From assembly GCF_006345805.1 (NCBI RefSeq), contig NC_043001.1, forward strand, positions 54,188,001 through 54,252,000: a stretch of 64,000 nt of DNA, given 5' to 3'. Position numbers and translations under genes: made by a program. Below the pieces are notes generated by a model, which saw only the letters and a program-made list of their open reading frames with translations, searched no databases and had not been told where the DNA came from. This DNA comes from Octopus sinensis (Eukaryota). Positions 1-13,222 of the stretch are shown here, in pieces. Positions within the stretch are counted from its first letter, which is position 1, and every line of letters begins with the position of its first letter.

Positions 1-700
1 CCTTTTGTCGACCACATTAATAAATTTGTCGTTTCTCGCATTTCTTTTTAGTTCTTCCAAAGTTACTGGTAGTTCCACATCACTTTTTTTTAACTTCATC
101 ACCTCGTTCGATCGTTTGATAACTCCGTTTACGCTGTTGCGCATAACGCTGATGGGTGTATCCCATAGATTAAATTTCTTCATACATTCGGTGCCAAATA
201 AATTCATGGATTTTTTTCACACATAAAATTCACTTTTTTGGTTCGACCATTGAACATTATATTACCAGCACGTTAGCTTGTGGAATATAATTTTCTTCCC
301 GTAACACTGTACGCTATTTTGTTTGGACTACATAATTTTGGTTTACCCATTTATTCCCATGTTTTCTTCTTTATGATTGTGAGATCACTTCCCGTGTTTA
401 ACTGCATTCAGACACTAGTGTTTTCAGTTCTCTCATTCAATTCTCTAACTCTGTTTGTTGTAGTCACAACTTTTCCTGCTGACAAACTATTTATTTTTCA
501 TGCTTTTCCATTTTCTTATCATTCTTGTTTTGCAGTGATTTTATATGTCCTGTAAACCCCCAGGGAAAACACTTTGCTTTTTTATACGGACAATCTTTTT
601 CAGGTGCATCCGACCGCATGCCATACATAGGTCTACATCCTCATATTTTTTCTGCTTTTCTTGCAACACTTTGTCTTCTGACTTTTTTGCACTGGTCCTA
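1..700 (-). mobile_element. Ty3/Gypsy LTR retrotransposon relic (gag zinc knuckles plus aspartic protease), degenerate, runs off the window
   Basis: Minus-strand translation across stops and frameshifts: CMACGRMHLKKDCPYKKAKCFPWGFTGHIKSHCK (twin CCHC knuckle), then MQLNTGSDLTII (decayed DTGS protease motif), then NLFGTECMKKFNLWDTPI. The boundary with the LINE near 700 is approximate. Confidence 0.8.
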
Positions 701-705
701 TGTAT

Positions 706-2507
706 GGAACAAAAGTAGCCAGAGACATACAGCCTAAAGGAAACACCCAAAATCTCTCCGATCCGAACTTCCACAAAGCAGACTGGAAATCGATCCAAAG
801 AAATCCTAAGACAGGGCTGGCCGAAATGTCTTTCCACCCCAGACATTGACATGAGACTAGAATATTTCATGTCTGTTATGCAAACCATATTCCAGCAAAC
901 TCAACTGCTGGTCCTGATGGTTTCCCAGCACTCCTCCTCAAATCGTGTAAGTGTTCCTTGGCGAAGCCTCTAAAGATTTTCTTCCAGAGCTTTCTTGCAA
1001 ATGGCAATCTGCCAATCAAACTGAAGGAGGCAATAATATGCCCAATCCATAAAGAAGGCAGCAGAGCAGATGCCAAAAACTATACGCCTATCTCTCTGAC
1101 TTCACACATCAGCAAAGTCATGGAACAGATAGACAGAGGGAAACTAATTGCATTCCTTGAAGGATGATACCCAGCATGGCTTTCGACCAGGTAGGAGCTG
1201 CCTGACCCAGCTCTCACAGCACTATGATTGGGTATTGAGGCAGTTGCTTAACAGCTCAAATGTGGACGTAATATGCCTTGACTTTGCAAAAGCTTTTGAT
1301 AAAATGGATCATAGTATGATATGTCACAAACTGCTTGATCCAGGCATAGCTGGAAATCTTCGAGAGTGGTTACATGACTTTCTGAAAGATAGAAGTCAGG
1401 CAGTTGTGGCCAAAGGAGCCACCTCAAAGAAAACAAAAATAGAGCGGTGTTCCACGAGGCACTGTCTTGAGACCGCTGATTTTCATAGTAGCCCACTCAG
1501 ATACGCCTTCAGCTGCCCGGATAGCCACTTTTGCTAGCTATGCAGACGATACTAAAGTCTCTCAGAAAATACAGAACACCAGCGATGTTGCATACCCGCA
1601 GTAGGAGCTGGACTCAATTTGCAGATGGGCCGAGGAGATTAATATGCAGTTTTTAATGCTGAAAAATTTCAAGCCTTGCGCTACCAGCGTCGAAAACTGA
1701 ATATAAAATTTACAGGGTACACTGGTCCACAGGGGATTACATTCCCAGAGCTTAAATCAGTGAGGACATGGGTATCGACATGAGTGATGATACCTCTTTA
1801 CAAGTGCACATTACCAGGATGGCCACAAAGGGCAGACGAGTGGCTAGATGGATCCTTAGAACGTTCAGAACCAGAGAGAAGGAAACCATGATGGTTCACT
1901 GGAGGACATTCGTCCTCAGACACTTGGACTGCTGCTCCCAGCAATGGATACCCAAGAGTGTAAAATTAACAACGGACCTTGAAGCATCCAGCGAAGTTTC
2001 ATAAAGAAGATCGTCTCGTTGCAACAGCTCAGCTACTGGGAAAGGCTGAATCAGTTAAGTCTCTACTCGTTGGAGCGAAGCGGGGCGGGGTATGCAGATA
2101 TATGCATCTGGAAGGTCCTGAAAGGGATTGTGCCACATTTTGACATTGAAAGCTACACCAATGCCAGAACGGGTCGACACTGCACAGTGGCAAAGATCCC
2201 AGCAATGCCATCGCGCTTCAGAACCTGCAACAGCCTGGGCTTCAGGGACCCACAGCTTTTTAGTATTCTCGCAAAGAGACTGAGGGACCTACACAAAGTT
2301 GATGTAGATGTTTTCAAATCAAAACTGGACCTCTTCCTGTCGAGAATCCCAGATGAACCTACCTCATGACAAGAGGTGCAAATGAGGGTAGCGACATCAA
2401 ACTCCTTTATTCACCAAATGCCACATATTAGAGGAGGCTCTCAATAATAACAGTGCAGCAGAACGGCAGTGCCTTAGCATGGCTGCCGCTCTGAGCTGGA
2501 ACTGCAA
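706..2507 (+). mobile_element. CR1-clade LINE, 5'-truncated ORF2 (reverse transcriptase) with 3' UTR, pseudogenised
   Basis: AGPDGFP, KNYTPISLTS, QHGFRPGRSCLTQL, LDFAKAFDKMDH, YADD at 1539-1550, LYSLER and FKSKLDLFLSRIPDEP. Multiple frameshifts; an apparent internal deletion near 888; ends in (TA)n/(TG)n. Confidence 0.92.
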
Positions 2508-2526
2508 TATATATATATATATGTGT

Positions 2527-2599
<73 letters not shown>

Positions 2600-2690
2600 C
2601 ATGTATATGTATATATACTCTTTTACTTTCTGTATGTATATATATATAATATAATATATATGTAATATATAATATATAATATATATATGT
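2508..2690. repeat. (TA)n/(TG)n compound microsatellite
   Basis: Direct reading. Confidence 0.95.
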
Positions 2691-2691
2691 G

Positions 2692-2782
2692 TTTTAGCTG
2701 ATGAGTACGGGACACTTGTATTTGCTGCAATATTTGCAGCTTTTAATAAAGCTTGTCTTTGTATGAAACAATTGTACTAAAA
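2692..2782 (+). ncRNA. Type I hammerhead ribozyme motif with long stem II and palindromic minimal stem III
   Basis: TTTTAG(2692-97) CTGATGA(2698-2704), 60-nt stem II with apical GCTGCAA-tat-TTGCAGC, GAAA(2765-68) C-AATT-G TA(2775-76) CTAAAA(2777-82). Stem I is a perfect 6 bp. Confidence 0.75.
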
Positions 2783-2992
2783 AAACTAATCCATTCTTGT
2801 TGCTTTTTTCTCATTTATAATCACCCCACATTATTGTATGGTTAATACCATATAGTTTTCTGGTGCATCTAAGTTAAGTACCGCATTCAAGTGAATTCAT
2901 TAGAACTGACTTGAATCTTAATTGCTTTTACTGAATATATATATATATATTTATATATATGATATATGATATATAATATATAATATATAATA

Positions 2993-3029
<37 letters not shown>

Positions 3030-3059
3030 TCATATATATATAAATATATATATGTATGC

Positions 3060-3092
<33 letters not shown>

Positions 3093-3924
3093 GTGCTATA
3101 ATATTGTATATACACACAAGGCATTTATTCACTAAACACTGTGTCGAGGCTATGATCAATGTCAATGTGAAATAAATATATGAAACGAGAACGAGCAATC
3201 TCTAATATACCTGCTTAAAGAAAAGCAGCATATTTACTTAACAGTAGCCCTGTGGAACATCTGTATATTTGTATGACTACTAAAAGGTTTGTGTCTCTGT
3301 ATATATTTCCTTCACTCTGATATACATTTATCTTTACATATAAATATGTGTGAGTAAATGTGTCCCTTTGTGAGTTGTTTTCCGAATATCAGTATCTCGT
3401 GTCTGCTTCACTTTCAGTATATGAGTAAATGGATTCGTATACGCGTATCTATTCAATATGTGTTTGTACACAAGTATTTAGGCGTCTGTGTATGTATGTA
3501 TGTATGTATGTATGTATGTATGTATGTATGTATGTATGTATGTATGTATGTATGTATGTATGCATGCATGAATGTAGGTGGGTGTGAATATGTGTTCATA
3601 TGTGTATGTGCTTTAAGAGCATGTATGTGGATCTATCAGTTTTTATTTGACCAAAGCTTCTAAAAGTCCTTTAATTTTTAATGTATTATACTAATGCTGA
3701 AATAAAATAACTTTATGCATAATTTGAGTGCCAATTCAAATCATATAACTGAACAGAATATTTTATTAGAAATCTCGTAAACTTTATTTCCAATATACTG
3801 AATACTTTTATCTCTCTTTCGACAATTAAACACTCGAGGAGTTTTATTTGAGAGTGAGAAACTGTCAAATTATGAATGACATGTCGTTTCTAAGGAATCA
3901 GCCTTTACTACGTTTCTTTCTTTT

Positions 3925-4280
3925 TCTTTTCATTGGTTTTGCTTGTTAGACTACGGTCATGCTAGGGCAACATCATCAAAAGTTCGCAGCATCACAAGTA
4001 TTTATTTATTTAAAGCTAGTAATTATTTTATCTATCGTTGTTCATTGAATGCCTAGGTTACTTTTGACATAAAGTGCCACTACACCAGTTTACATCAGTC
4101 GATACAAATATAGACATATACATGTATAGGTATACACGATCCACTTCCGCACACTTTCTGTCAACTTAATTTCTCTCACAAGACATTCTTAAGCCAAAAT
4201 GGAACACGCTTGCAACGCAATGGGGTTGTATCCAGAACTATGTTGTTACGAAGCAAACTTCTTAGCCACATACGCCTGCT
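3925..4280 (-). mobile_element. SINE family A, degenerate
   Basis: Head remnant at 4140-4280 and tail remnant near 3930-3975 resemble the better copies at 50041-50412 and 60950-61400. Confidence 0.55.
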
Positions 4281-5841
4281 CATTTATTAAATAGGACTCT
4301 TGTTAATAATCGATTTCCACATAAACTATGAACTTTGCTGTTCCATTTTTCTATGATTCTCAGCTTCTTTATCGGGAAATAGTCGAGATGTTTGCTACCA
4401 AAATTGAATAAGACTGTCTGAAGTTAGTCGAAATTGTTCTGGGGAATTAATATCTCCTTTTCAAAATGTGTTATATTAGCTAAAATAAAATAATCGCCTA
4501 ATTAAACTGGTTTAATTTCATTAGAACTGAAAGAAATTGTAAAATTGTAAAATGCATTGGAGTGAATGATGGAAAGAATGTGAGATAAAATTATAAAAAG
4601 AGAAGAATAAAGAATATAGAAAAATTCTTGAGAATAGTTAAAGAAGAAAAAAATTAACAGAATGAAATGCATATAGAAAATGTTAATGATTTTATTCTGG
4701 AATTATAAAACAGAAAAAATACAGGTGGAAGATTAAAGGTCAAGAAAATAAACGAATGATCAAAAACTAAAAGAAAGATGGGCAAAGATTACAGCAGACC
4801 GTCAGACGGACAGATAAAGAGAAAGAGACTGGGAAATTGATTAACAAACAGAAATACAATTCGAACAGGCAGATAAGCACACAAACACAATAGTTCAGGA
4901 AAATGAAATGACAGACAGGGAGAAATAGGTGACATAGAAAGAGACAAGCGGGCAAGCAGACACAACAGACTGTCAGAGTAAGAGGACAAATCAGACAGTC
5001 AAAAAGAAAGATAGACTCTAGGAACAATAGGAAAACAAAGATACGACATTCGAAGAAACAAGCAAAGAGCAAGATACGGCTGAAAAAGAGAAAGAAACGA
5101 CAGACTGACAGGTATATACATAAACTGGTAGGTAAATAGCTGACAAAGTTATTTAACAAGAAGACGGAAGAAAGAAAAGAAAGATGAATGGGTGAAATAG
5201 ATAAAATAGAAAGGCGAACGTTATTAAGACAAGAAATTGAGAAAACCCGAAGAAATTAAGAACAAAAGAAAATCATAGGAGAAGAACAAAATCTTTGTAA
5301 AAGAGGAGAAACCTGGGGAAATAAGTAATGAAACTATATAAACTGAAAGAAAGATAAGAGAGAGAAAATATGGAAGTGGAAGCAGAGGAGCAGACAGCAT
5401 TGTGGCGATACATTTAAGGAAATATAAAGTTCAGAAGTAATGCCGACTTAGAGAAATCAATATTCTCTAAGGCCACAGCAATGGATTAATGAATAGACGA
5501 CTGATCAAAACAACTGCTATTTGGGTTGTTACTTCAAAAGATAATTCGGAGTAATATTCGATCACTGCTGCTATAATGACAAGCAGATTATGGATTTTGA
5601 TCCAATCTGTTTACTATAATTCAATGAAGGAATTTAGATGAACGAGTGAAGGAATTTCAAAGAACAAATAAAAGAATTTAAAATAACTTTAAATAGGATA
5701 TTGTACATACGAAATATATCTCTCCTCGCTTCCATAGAGGAAAGCGTTTATACCGAAATAATGACATACACATATACACACGACTCACATAATACACACG
5801 TACTCGCATAATACATCTAAATACATATACACACATACATA

Positions 5842-6721
5842 CAAGGTTTGATCAATAAGTATGCAGAATGTTGTCATAGTAACAAAGCTAAAGCAAGCAG
5901 AGTGAAGCTACTAGGCACAGACTGACGTTGAACTCTGCTGTACATGCGCACTAAGTGTTAACGTTGTTTACAGTAGTGCTTCGGTGGGAGGTGTGTAGCG
6001 TGTGTCGTCGCATTGACCATGGCAGAGAAAGTTATCATGGCGATACCTACTCCGACGTCTACGCAAATTTGCAAAAAATGTATAGAGAGGTGTGTATGAA
6101 TCGCACACAAGTGTACGAGTGGTTCAGACGTTTCCAAAATAGCCGAAAAAATGTTGATATTGACGAACACTCTGGCAGACCCGCAACAAGCAAAACTGAG
6201 AAAAACATTGTAGATGTACGTGCAGCTGTCAGGATAAAACATCGAATCACCAACCGGGAGTTATCAGGGGGTGTGCAGATTAGTTATGGTTCAGTTCAGT
6301 CCATTATCACTGACGATTTGGGTATTAGACGCGTATCTGCCAATTTTGTGGCAAAACTGCTTTCAGCTGACCAAAAAGACACACGGGTTTCAGTTACACA
6401 AGATCTCCTTGAGTGTGTCGAGAACAATGAAAACTTTCTGAAAACTTTGCATCGGCCTCTAGGCAGGTATCGCCAAGCTCTTAGTAAAATTTGATGCAAA
6501 TTCTCTGCTCAACATTCTATGTCATGGTCAGTGCGACGACCACACGCTATACACCTTCCTTCTACGCACTGTTGTAAACAGCAGAAGTAAGGTACAACGT
6601 TAAAACTTAGTGCACATGCACAGCAGAGTTCATGATCAATCTATGCCAAGCGGCTTTACTCTCCGTGCCTTAGCGTCGTTACTATAGCAACAGTCCGGAT
6701 ACTTACTGCTCAGACCACGTG
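5842..6721 (+). mobile_element. Non-autonomous mariner made of two inverted 5' ends (foldback) with an N-terminal transposase fragment
   Basis: TA at 5840-41 and 6722-23; long imperfect inverted arms; ORF 5955-6494 with QVYEWFRRF, SGRP and RRVSANFVAKLL (HTH domains and WVPHEL-like linker); no DDD domain. Confidence 0.88.
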
Positions 6722-6873
6722 TATACACACATGCGTTCATAAACACACATGTACACGCAAGTATATGTGTGTGTTCGTGTGTAGACATATATAAGTATGT
6801 GTGTATGTATTAACATATATTCCTATTCATACAAACATGCAGTTATATACGCGAATACTTGTAGGTCTCAATC

Positions 6874-6904
<31 letters not shown>

Positions 6905-7169
6905 TCCTATACATATATATATGTTTATGTATACATACATATATACATACATACACACACACATACATATACATATACATATATAATATTACATACATAT
7001 ATGAGGGATGACCACTATGCTAAATGTAGACCCCATATGGTCTCACCACTAAGAAAAAATTGTTCTCAAGAAAATTCGGCAGACTCCAGAACGTAAGCGA
7101 ACAAGACAAATGAAAAGATACAAAATATAATGATTAATTACATACCAAGTTTCATTGTTACCATTTGCG

Positions 7170-7266
7170 TTGACCTTAGAGGAATTTGAACTCAGAACGT
7201 CAGGTCAGACGAAATGCCACTAAATGTTTTGCCTAGCGTGGTAACGATTCTACCTGTTCGCCGCCT
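7170..7266 (-). mobile_element. SINE family C, head fragment
   Basis: GGAATTTGAACTCAGAACGT...TTCGCCGCC matches the reverse complement of the head at 41791. Confidence 0.7.
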
Positions 7267-9124
7267 AAAACAGCCAGCTTATATAACATTTTATCGAATG
7301 GCAATCGAGTGTCTTTTAATGGAACGATGTTTTATCGCAATGATATTATTGAAGCGATTTCCGTTAGAATAAACTTATTAAAGTATTATTATATAAAATG
7401 ATTATTACTGCAGAACATTTGTAGATTTAGAAGAATTTTAATACTAAATATTTGCAATAGATAGCAATAATTATTAATGTAAATGTAATAATTTTCTATG
7501 TAAATTTATCTTTAATATATTTTTTTAAAATTTCATCCAATAAGTTAAATAAAACTCATTCAACCATTATCAACATTTCTAAACGTTAATAAATGGGTCT
7601 ATTTATATTTCAAGGATAATTGCTTGGTTGTGTGCGTGGCGTGCATGAGTGTTTGTTTAAATGAAATTTATTTACTACACTCTGCATATGTCTGTCAGTA
7701 TACAGGAGAAATTTCCGTATGCTTTTGTGCAGAATGTGAACGAATGTACATACTATTTTGAAACTACGTGATTCGGGCCTTGACAATGTGAAAGACGTCG
7801 ATAACGAAGATTACTGGAATGTTTGTGAACGTTTACAAGAGGATTTACTCAGTTCTAATAATAGCAGTGAAGGTCAGCACAATATATTTAGCAAAGTAGA
7901 ATGATTAATCATCTTAGATGCCATGTTTTCATCAATAGAATAATATATATACAAATATATACGAACTTCTTAATGAAAAATCATGCTTCAAAGTTCAATG
8001 AAAAGTCGTTCCATAAAAGTCGGTTGTTGAAAAGTCATTCAATGAATTAGATCCGATAAAAAGTCGTGACACATTTACAAATTTCTGTTTACAAACTCTT
8101 GTGTGTTTTGTAGTTATATGATCTCATATTTGACTATCACACTTCCACGCCTTTAAAGAAGCTGCACATTTAACAAATTGTTTGAGTGCATACAGCAGGT
8201 AAACGTCGATAAGGTCAGCTTTTTGGCCAAAATGTCAAATTTGCTGTTGCTCATATATTTTCTGATAAATATATTGCCTGATTCAGAGATGCATGTGAGA
8301 TTAATTGAACAATGAAAACAGAAAGACATGACTGAGAGAACTAAAAAGTTGTTCGTAGGATGTGGCATTCGTTACAGTGCTCAATAGGAAAGCTTCGGCT
8401 ACGTACTTAATCTTGATGAGTAAGCTACTGGATTTCAGGGCGATAGTAATTACTTTCAATACGTCATATTGCTCTACCTGTACATTCCCTGTGTGATCGT
8501 AGAGTATTGTTTGAATTCGTAAAAATTCATTTACTATGCAGACAACGCTTTCATTCTTCTGATACTAAAGCGTTTTCAATGCCTGAATGAACGTAAATTG
8601 GCCAGTCAAAGATTGCAAATAGACCTGTAAATCTAGTGAAAACATCGGTGCGCGGAAAAGCAAGCGCTAGTATCTTTAATTCTGAACTATAAGATCTAAT
8701 GGTTCTTTAGAAGAAGGCTTTTAAAACTAATAAACTAATATTTTCTTACTCAAATAGTATTGTTACTTTTGCATTAATCAAGATGTCTTAAAGTGTTTAT
8801 AGAATTTCGGTTTCGTTTCAGCATAAGTAGAAGGTCAAATGGTATTCAGATGAGTACAGCACTATACATAATGATCTAAAGTTGTAATACCTGGAATATA
8901 GAGTGTGTCCAGTACTTTGTGTGCATTGAACCTCTTTGTTACAGAAAGGTAGTCATATTGGGTAGTGGTAAATTATTTTGCATATGGAAGGTTGAGCAGG
9001 AATAATAAAAGAGACAAACTGTAGCAAGATTGTCGTTTTGTGGACGATACTAGATATCCCTTCCGTCTTCTCTTCTTTATTTCTCTTCTTTTCTATTTCC
9101 TTCATTGCATGTGTTTTATTATGC

Positions 9125-9800
9125 CTCGTCCTTTTGTACTGAATATCTAAGAGACAGTTTGCTAGTTTGCAATTAGACTGAAGTGACATCGGTTTAAGTA
9201 ATGTTTGCTTTTTGAAATCGCTTCAGCAGCAGCTAACGCTTCTTTTTTTCAACTGGAGGCTAATACGCCTGGTGTTATTGAGCGACTTCGAGAAGCACCA
9301 GAATGATATTTTTATTTTTTAATTCTGTGTCTTGGACAAAAATTTGAAATGATTCTCTTATTTTTCTGTAAATGATATTGCAGCTGATAACAACATTTTT
9401 CAATGTTCGTCCTGATTAGCTCGAAAGCTTCTAGAGCAGCTAAATCAAGATTAAACTTCAAAGCTTTCATTAGCGATCGGATATTGTGTGAGTATTCTCT
9501 AATGAACTTCAAATAATATGAAAATACTCATTTGGGTATTTTCATTGATATTATTTGGTATGGCAATTGCATGACCCACAATTATTGTAGTCATCCTGGA
9601 TCTGGTCAAAAACTGATGAACATCCGAATATTTTAATCGATGAAGTAGAGATGAAGATTTTGCTATTCTTTTCAGATTTTTCCCTGTGCGGTTTCACGCA
9701 GCTTAACAGGATTCTCATCATGTTCAGACAGACTCATTAACACCACAGATATACTGTTCACGCAAATCGTTTTCAGTTATGGAGTCATCCACTTACAGTT
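9125..9800 (-). mobile_element. Ty3/Gypsy pol relic (RT thumb to RNase H)
   Basis: Minus-strand translation across frameshifts: EHDEN, KFIREYSHNIRSLMK, AALEAFELIRTNIEK, KEALAAAEAISKSKHYLNRCHFSLIAN. Matches the Gypsy RNase H pattern KEAYAIVEAIRKWRHYL..HF.LITD. Confidence 0.7.
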
Positions 9801-9864
9801 AAAATATTATTATGGCATTGGTTGATTTTGTGTGATTTTTAAACGTATTTCTACCCATGCAATT

Positions 9865-10640
9865 ATTTTCCCTGTTCGCTATTCCTACAACGGTCGTGAG
9901 GGTAAAGTCTTCTGGCAACTCCTCTGTAGAATTCTCTCAGAAACCACCGTCATTTGACTTTCCAACTGGATTCCCAAGGGTGACCAAATGAAACTCTGGA
10001 TATTATCCGACCATCTCCTGCTTCGTCTCCTGCTGATTGGATCGGCTTGAAGAATCCCTCTTGTGATTCTTGCTGTGACATTCTAATCCCATGTCCGTAG
10101 TGCTGGAGCTATGACCTCTCAATACGGAAAAGTTGCGGTTCGACCTGGAGAGAGATCTCCGAGCTACGTGGTCTGTCGAGTAATGATACTCCAAAGATCT
10201 TTCGGAGTAATCCTATAACTGCCGCTTATGTCCGCGATTGTATTCTTTCAGTCACTGCCAACATTCATAAACATATGTGAGGACAGACAATAAAAGCGAA
10301 TTGAAGAGCGAGTTTGACATTTTTTATTAACTTCTCTTCTGGGGATCGAACGCTACAACTAGTGCATTACTGTGCCAGCACTTGCGATTCTAGTATACAG
10401 TTCAGTCTCCTGCTCCCCGTCACTGGGGAATACGGCCTCAATAGACTTCGCCTTCTTTAATAATATCAGTGGTGTTCCACTAACGTGAAGAGGGCACTGC
10501 GAAGACTTTCTTGAGAAGATCAATGTCTCAGTCTTCGAAACTCTATCTCTTATCCCGACCTTGAAACAGTCGATGACAAACCTGTTCAGTGCATACTAAA
10601 GATTGTCTTCTGATGTGGCAAAACACTATGTCGTCTCTGA
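9865..10640 (-). mobile_element. RTE-clade LINE 3' fragment
   Basis: SEDNL*YALNRF, SKTETLIFSRKSSQCPLHVSG, SDGEQETELYTRI, VLTYVYECW, VEPQLFRIERS*LQHYGH..RM: the C-terminal RT region typical of RTE. Confidence 0.75.
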
Positions 10641-10824
10641 ATCATATGCATATCGTGTGAATGTGTGAAATCTTTGTGTATATGTATATATACTACTGGT
10701 CATTCGCTAACCTTTCTCTCACAGTCACTCAAACGATCTCTACTTCTTTTTGTCTTTTATCTCCTCTGTGTTTTACTGTTGTCAGGTCATTTATAATATT
10801 CTCCTGACATTCTCTCTCTCTCTC

Positions 10825-10856
<32 letters not shown>

Positions 10857-11049
10857 GTTCTTTGTTTCTTGCTCTTTCTACCTCCCTCGTTACCACCTAT
10901 TGTACTGCTTATTGTCTTTACATCTCTACCACTCTAATAATAGAAAGACCACTTACTTTTTTCTTAAATAAGTTCACTTCGATACATCAGATTACATGTA
11001 CCTATACAGCTCTCAGAAACTTGTAGAGAGAAAAAATTTAACAGTATTA

Positions 11050-12000
11050 TCCAGATAATTCATGATGACTGGTATGCCTCAGCATGAAGCCACTTTATAT
11101 TGCAAAATAACAATTGTACCAGGTTTCCTTAACCATGTACCAAGTAGACCAAAACATTTCTTGATTACCTCTCTTATACAGAAGGAGTAAAAAGGACGGG
11201 AGCTGCCAAACTCGATGGGTTAGCAGAAAATTAACGACAGATGCATCATTTCCTACTCTTAACCGAGAGTTTTATTCAGTTTTAAGTTCTTCCATTCTAT
11301 AAAATCTATCAAATATATCTTCAAATATCGCATGAAGTTATCAGTAATATATGATCTGAAACATCAAAGCAACTGCGATGATGTTATCCAATTCTCGCAA
11401 GAACACGGCTTCAGCAACAAAGAGTTTTTCTGACATTTTTTCTCTTACGCATTCATTAAGATATACCAAGACTGAACAGCTTGGTTTCCGATTAGAAATA
11501 AGTGAACGTGTTTATTTCACTCAAACAAATACTGCGCAGCAAACACAAAGTCCAAGAGAAATGCTAATTTTGTTTTCAATGTATGCCAACATGGCCCCCT
11601 TGCAAAAATATTTCTGTACCATCAGTGTTTGCCCTATTATACATTGAACACTAAACAACTTGAGAATCCAAGGTGAAGTATCAAAGGTGAAGAATAAAAA
11701 GTGACATAGACTTTAATAGTGCTCCTGAAAGAGAGTGAGCTGTACACACAAGCCAACATGGCTGGTTCTTTCTACAACTCCTCTGTAAATTTGAGATTAG
11801 AGTTCGTTTCATGATCTTCGAATTGCCAATACCAAAATCAAGTCTGCGCCACCTAAACAGTCATACTTTATTCTTGGAATGCAACCCCCAGCGATCAACC
11901 CAAGAATGTAAACCCAAGAACTTTTAAAATATGCCTTACTCCTACCTAACGACACCGAAATCAAAAATCTCTGAGAATGAATTTTGAAAGAAGTATCACA
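11050..12000 (+). mobile_element. Possible L1/Tx1-like LINE RT relic, heavily decayed
   Basis: Fragments ITSLIQKE, TKSFSD...EQLGF, QHGPLA (QGCPL-like) and SIKGEE*KVT lie in the expected order for L1-type RT domains; no intact YADD. Confidence 0.4.
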
Positions 12001-12996
12001 TATTTTTGGAATGACTTACAGAAAGTTGGAAATGGCAATGAACATTAGGTCGTAGCAAGCTTGAGAAACTGTATCTTGTTAGTTTTTGAGAATTTTCCCA
12101 TAAGAAGCTAGAATTTATTTATTTATTTTATGTTCATGACAGCATGTAGAAAGATATCCGTCTATTCTTCGCCAATGTCCGTCAGCATAAAAGCAAAGCC
12201 ATTGTGTTTGTTTCATCAGGTACTGCCGCCACATTCTTTCCTATGAGCTGTGCGGCATATTCTGCTTTCCAGAACTGAGAGCAAAAGATGCGTGTTTGCG
12301 ATGTTGATTGTCTGGAATGAATACACACTCGAGTGCAAAAAAGATCTTAGAGACTCTATGTAAGACACTGAATGAGTTAAATAACAATAAATCTCAAATG
12401 AGAACTGCTGCGATAGTGACGTTAGGCATTATTCGAGATCTTCAAAAGAATGAACACCAATTAAGTTCGTGTATCCTTTAACTCTTTGTCATTTTAGACA
12501 AACGTAAAAGTCTTCAAAATGTCAATCAACATGAGAAGCAGCGGTTTTTAGAAACCAGCTGTCTGTCATTTTGCCAAACGTGCTTAAGAAGCTGAAGAGG
12601 GAATGTTTCCTTCCGATAGTAATTCGCCATTGATTCAGCTCCTTTACGTGCAGTACTTAAACTTCCAGAATAATTTATATCAAACGTTTTCCTCAACCTG
12701 AAACTTCATTAACACACAAATGGTTGCTTAGAAAACAGCATCAACATCAACTGGCAGTTGTTGCGGGGTACTAGTCATACCTACAAATCTATAGACAGTG
12801 TCGTAGAAATAGTTCGCGACATTCCAGAATTTATTTGTAGATCCATTGGGACATTCGTGTTTATTATTGCACAGACAAGCTAAAGAGTAAAACGCACCCA
12901 GCCACTGTACAAAGGCAGAAGTCGAATAGTTAAGTACCTTATGCAAGAAACATGACCTAGGTTCCTTAAACGGATTTATTCCCCTTTCCATCAGTG

Positions 12997-13222
12997 GAGG
13001 CGTGTGGCTTAGTGGTTAAGATGTTCGACTCATGATCGCAAGATTGTGGTTTCAATTCCTAGACCGGGCGACGCGTTATGTTCTTGAGCAAAACACTTCA
13101 ATTCATGTTGTTCCAGTCCACTTCAGCGGGCAAAAATGAGTAATCATGCGACGGACATGCGTCCCGTCCAGGTGGGTAATGGAAACCGGGAAAGCGGCCT
13201 TTATGAGTCGGTATAACTCGAG
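12997..13222 (+). mobile_element. SINE family B (tRNA-like head)
   Basis: A-box TGGCTTAGTGG, decayed B-box, CTTGAGCAAAACACTT...CCAGTCCAC core shared with 30848. Confidence 0.75.

Noticed and set aside
4580-5400. Purine-rich (GA/GACA) tract and hydrophobic antisense ORFs
   Set aside because: Decayed low-complexity sequence with no domain signal.
8380-8520. piggyBac-like NLDE*ATGFQG...FQY fragment
   Set aside because: Single short motif, no TTAA or TIR found; needs an HMM search.
11500-11950. Tetraspanin-like hydrophobic segments on the minus strand
   Set aside because: Many stops, no splice structure; the plus strand fits an L1-like RT relic better.
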